The notes under the pieces are model-generated. The model was given only the letters and a program-made list of their open reading frames with translations, did not search any database and was not told the origin of the DNA. A program made the translations under genes and the position numbers. Source: Mobula hypostoma (taxonomy: Eukaryota). From it: a DNA stretch of 64,000 nt. The stretch is taken from assembly GCF_963921235.1 (NCBI RefSeq), contig NC_086108.1:68884001-68948000 (forward strand). The letters are read 5' to 3'. Below, piece by piece: positions 61,245 to 64,000 of this stretch (the first letter of the stretch is position 1; the number at the start of each line of letters is the position of its first letter).

Positions 61245-64000
61245 TCAGCTGATCGGGAGAGTTTAAACTCCAGTGGGGTGGGAGCTGGAGTGGTAGTGCT
61301 GAGGATGGGGTATGTGGTTTACAAACAGAGGCAGTGTATAGTCAGACTACAAGCAAAGAGAGGCTGATGACAGGGCAAAAATGCAGTCAACACGATGACT
61401 TGCAATGTAAAAGGTAGACAAAATCGTAAAGGGTGAACACAGGACTGAAGGTGTTACATTTGAATGGATGCAGAATAAGAAATAAAGTAGATGAACTTTT
61501 CCAGTTGTAGAAGGGTAGGAGTGGCTCTGTTAGTAAAAAAAGAGAAATCAAGTCATTAGAAAGAGGTGACATAGGATCGGAGGGTGTAGAATCGTTGTGG
61601 GTAGAGCAAAGAAACTGCAAGCTTAAAAAGATCTTGATAAGAGTCATATGTTGGCGCGTGGCCAAGTGGTTAAGGCGTCAGTCTAGTGATCTGAAGGTCG
61701 CTAGTTCGAGCCTCAGCTGAGGCAACGTATTGTGTCCTTCAGCAAGGCACTTAACCACACATTGCTCTGCGACGGCACCGGTACCAAGCTCTAACGGCCT
61801 TAGTGCCCTTCCCTTGGACAACATTAGTGGCGTGGAGAGGGGAGGCTTGCAGCATGGGCAACTGCTGGTCTTCCATACAACCTTGCCCAGGCAATATATA
61901 AAAGAGTCATAAACAGACCCCCAAACAGTAGTAAGAATGTTGTCTACAAGTTACAATGCAAGATAGAAAACACATGCCAAAAGAGCAATGTTATAATAGT
62001 ATGGGGGATTTCAATATGCAGGTAGGTTGGGAAAATCAGGTTGCTGCTAGATCCCAACAGGGAGAATTTCTAAAATATCTACGGGATGGCTTTTTAAAGA
62101 GCAGCTCATGATTGAGCCATCTAGGGGATCAGCTATTCTGTATTGCAATGAACTGGAACTGATTAGGGAACTGAAGGCAAAAGAACCCTCAGGGACCAGT
62201 GATCATAAAATTCAGCCCACAATTAGAGAGGGAGAAACTAAAATCAGATGTATCAGTATTACAGTGGAGTAAGCAGAATTACAGAGGTATGAGAGAGGAG
62301 TGGCCAAAATTGATTGGAAGGGAACATTAGCAGGAATGATGGCAGACCAGAAATGGCAGGAATTTCTGGGAGCAATTCAGAAGGCACTGGATATATACAT
62401 CCTAAAGATGTGGAAGTATTCTCAAGGCAGGTTGATGCAACTGTGGCTGACAAGAAAAGTCAAAGCCCAACATAAAAGCCAAAAAGAGGGCATATAATAG
62501 AGTAAAAATTAGTGGGAAGTTAGAGGATTGGGAAGCTTTTAAAAGCCAACAGAAAGCAACTAAAAAGAGTCATAAAGGAAGAAAGATGGAATACAGAGAT
62601 AAGTTAGCCAATAATACTAAAGAGGATATGAAAAGTTTCTTCAGATACATAAAGTGTAAAAGAGAGGCAAGAGTAGATACTGTACTGCTGAAAAGTGATG
62701 TGGGAGAGGTAGTAATGAAGACAAGGAAATGGTGGGCGAATTGATTAAATATTTTGCATTAGTCTTCACTGTGGAAGACACAAGCAGTATGCCAGAAATT
62801 CCAGAGTGTCAGGGCAGAATTGAGTGCAGTTCCTATTACTAGGGAGAAGGTACTTCGGAAGCTGAAAGGTCTAAAGGCAAAGAAGTAACCTGGACCAGAT
62901 GGTGTACAGTCTTGGGTTCAGAACAGGCTGAGGAGATCGTGGAGGCTTTAGTACTGATTTATCAAGAATTAATTGATTCTGGTGTGGTTCCAGAGCACTG
63001 AGAAATTGCAAATGTCACTCCACTTTTCAAGAAGGGAGGAAGGCAGAAGAAAGGAAACTATAGGCCAGTAGTCTGACCTCAGTCTTTGAGAAGATGTTGG
63101 AGTTGATTATTAAGGATGTGGTTTCAGGGTACTTGGAGACGCGTGATAAATTAGGCCATAGTCAGCATGGTTTCCTTAAGGAAAAATCTTGCCTGACAAA
63201 TCTGTTGGAATTCTTTAAAGAAATAACAAGCAAGATAGACAAAGAAAAATCCATGGATGTTGTATACTTGGATTTTCAGAAGGTCTTTGACAAGGTAACA
63301 AGTTAAGAGCCCACAGTACTACAGTAAAGAAACTAGTATGGATAGAGCATTGGCTGATTGGCAGGAGGCAAAGAGTGGGAATATAGGAAGTCTTTTCTGG
63401 TTGGCCAAGTTTGCAAACAATATGACAATAGGTGGAGGGGCAGAGAGGCTATAGAAGACTTGGATAGATTAGGAGAATGGACAGATGGAATACAGTGTCG
63501 GGAAGTGAACAATCAAGCACTTAGGTAGAAGAAATTAAAGCGTAGACTATTTTCTAAAGGGAGAGAAAATTCAAAGCTCTGAGTTGCAAAGGGACTTGGG
63601 AGTCCTCATGCAGGATTCCCTAAAGGTTAATTTGCAGATTCAACCGGTGATAAGAAAGGCAAATGTGATGTTAGCACTCATTTTGAAAGGACTAGTATAT
63701 AAAAGCAAGGATGTGATGTTGAAGCTTTATAAAGCACCTGCGAGGCCTCACAGAGTATTGCGAGCAGTTTTGGGCCCCTCATCTAGGAAGGATGTGCTGA
63801 CATTAGAGAGGGTTCACGTAAATTATACCAGAATTGAAAGGCTTGTCATATGAGGAGCGTTTGATTGCTCCAGGCCTCTGCTCACTGGAATTCAGAAGAA
63901 CGAGGGGTGACCTTATTGAAACCTATCAAATGGTGAAAGGCTTCAATAGAGTGGATGTGGAGAGGATGTTTCCTATGGTGGGGGGAGTCTGACCAGAGGA
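61245..64000 (+). mobile_element. CR1 LINE (end of ORF1 through ORF2), decayed; runs off window end
   Basis: GLKVLHLNGCRIRNK, GDFN, HSQHGFLKEKSCLTNL, YLDFQKVFDK and QRDLGV, with several internal deletions. Confidence 0.92.
61649..61901 (+). mobile_element. tRNA-derived SINE, short-tailed variant, nested in CR1
   Basis: TGGCCAAGTGG and AGTTCGAGCC boxes; body aligns with 13238-13481; 10-bp TSD AAGAGTCATA (61639-61648 and 61902-61911). Confidence 0.9.

Overview
Repeat-dense eukaryotic DNA; the repeat families point to a vertebrate, most likely a cartilaginous fish (inferred, not verified). I recognise no intact host gene, rRNA, true tRNA gene or CRISPR array. The window is a stack of decayed and nested transposable elements: many CR1 LINEs (one near full length at ~3650-7925), a full-length L1 (22191-27740), a Rex/Babar LINE split by four later insertions, a Gmr1-type Gypsy LTR element with integrase before a deleted RT (52083-57266), Penelope-like elements (PLEs) carrying minimal hammerhead-ribozyme motifs, two tRNA-derived SINEs, and Tc1, mariner and hAT-derived DNA elements. 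AT-rich unique stretches lie between them. The most unusual object is a short TSD-flanked retro-insertion (12185-12820) carrying a circularly permuted piece of the CYHR1/ZFTRAF1 first coding exon, a pattern compatible with capture of a circular RNA. Also notable: a PLE that appears to have moved ~160 bp of extra DNA, several very short PLE insertions with 13-14 bp TSDs, a hAT-like element with a 6-bp TSD, and a strong + strand bias of retroelements suggesting an intron of a minus-strand gene. All family assignments come from motifs recognised by eye; no searches were run.
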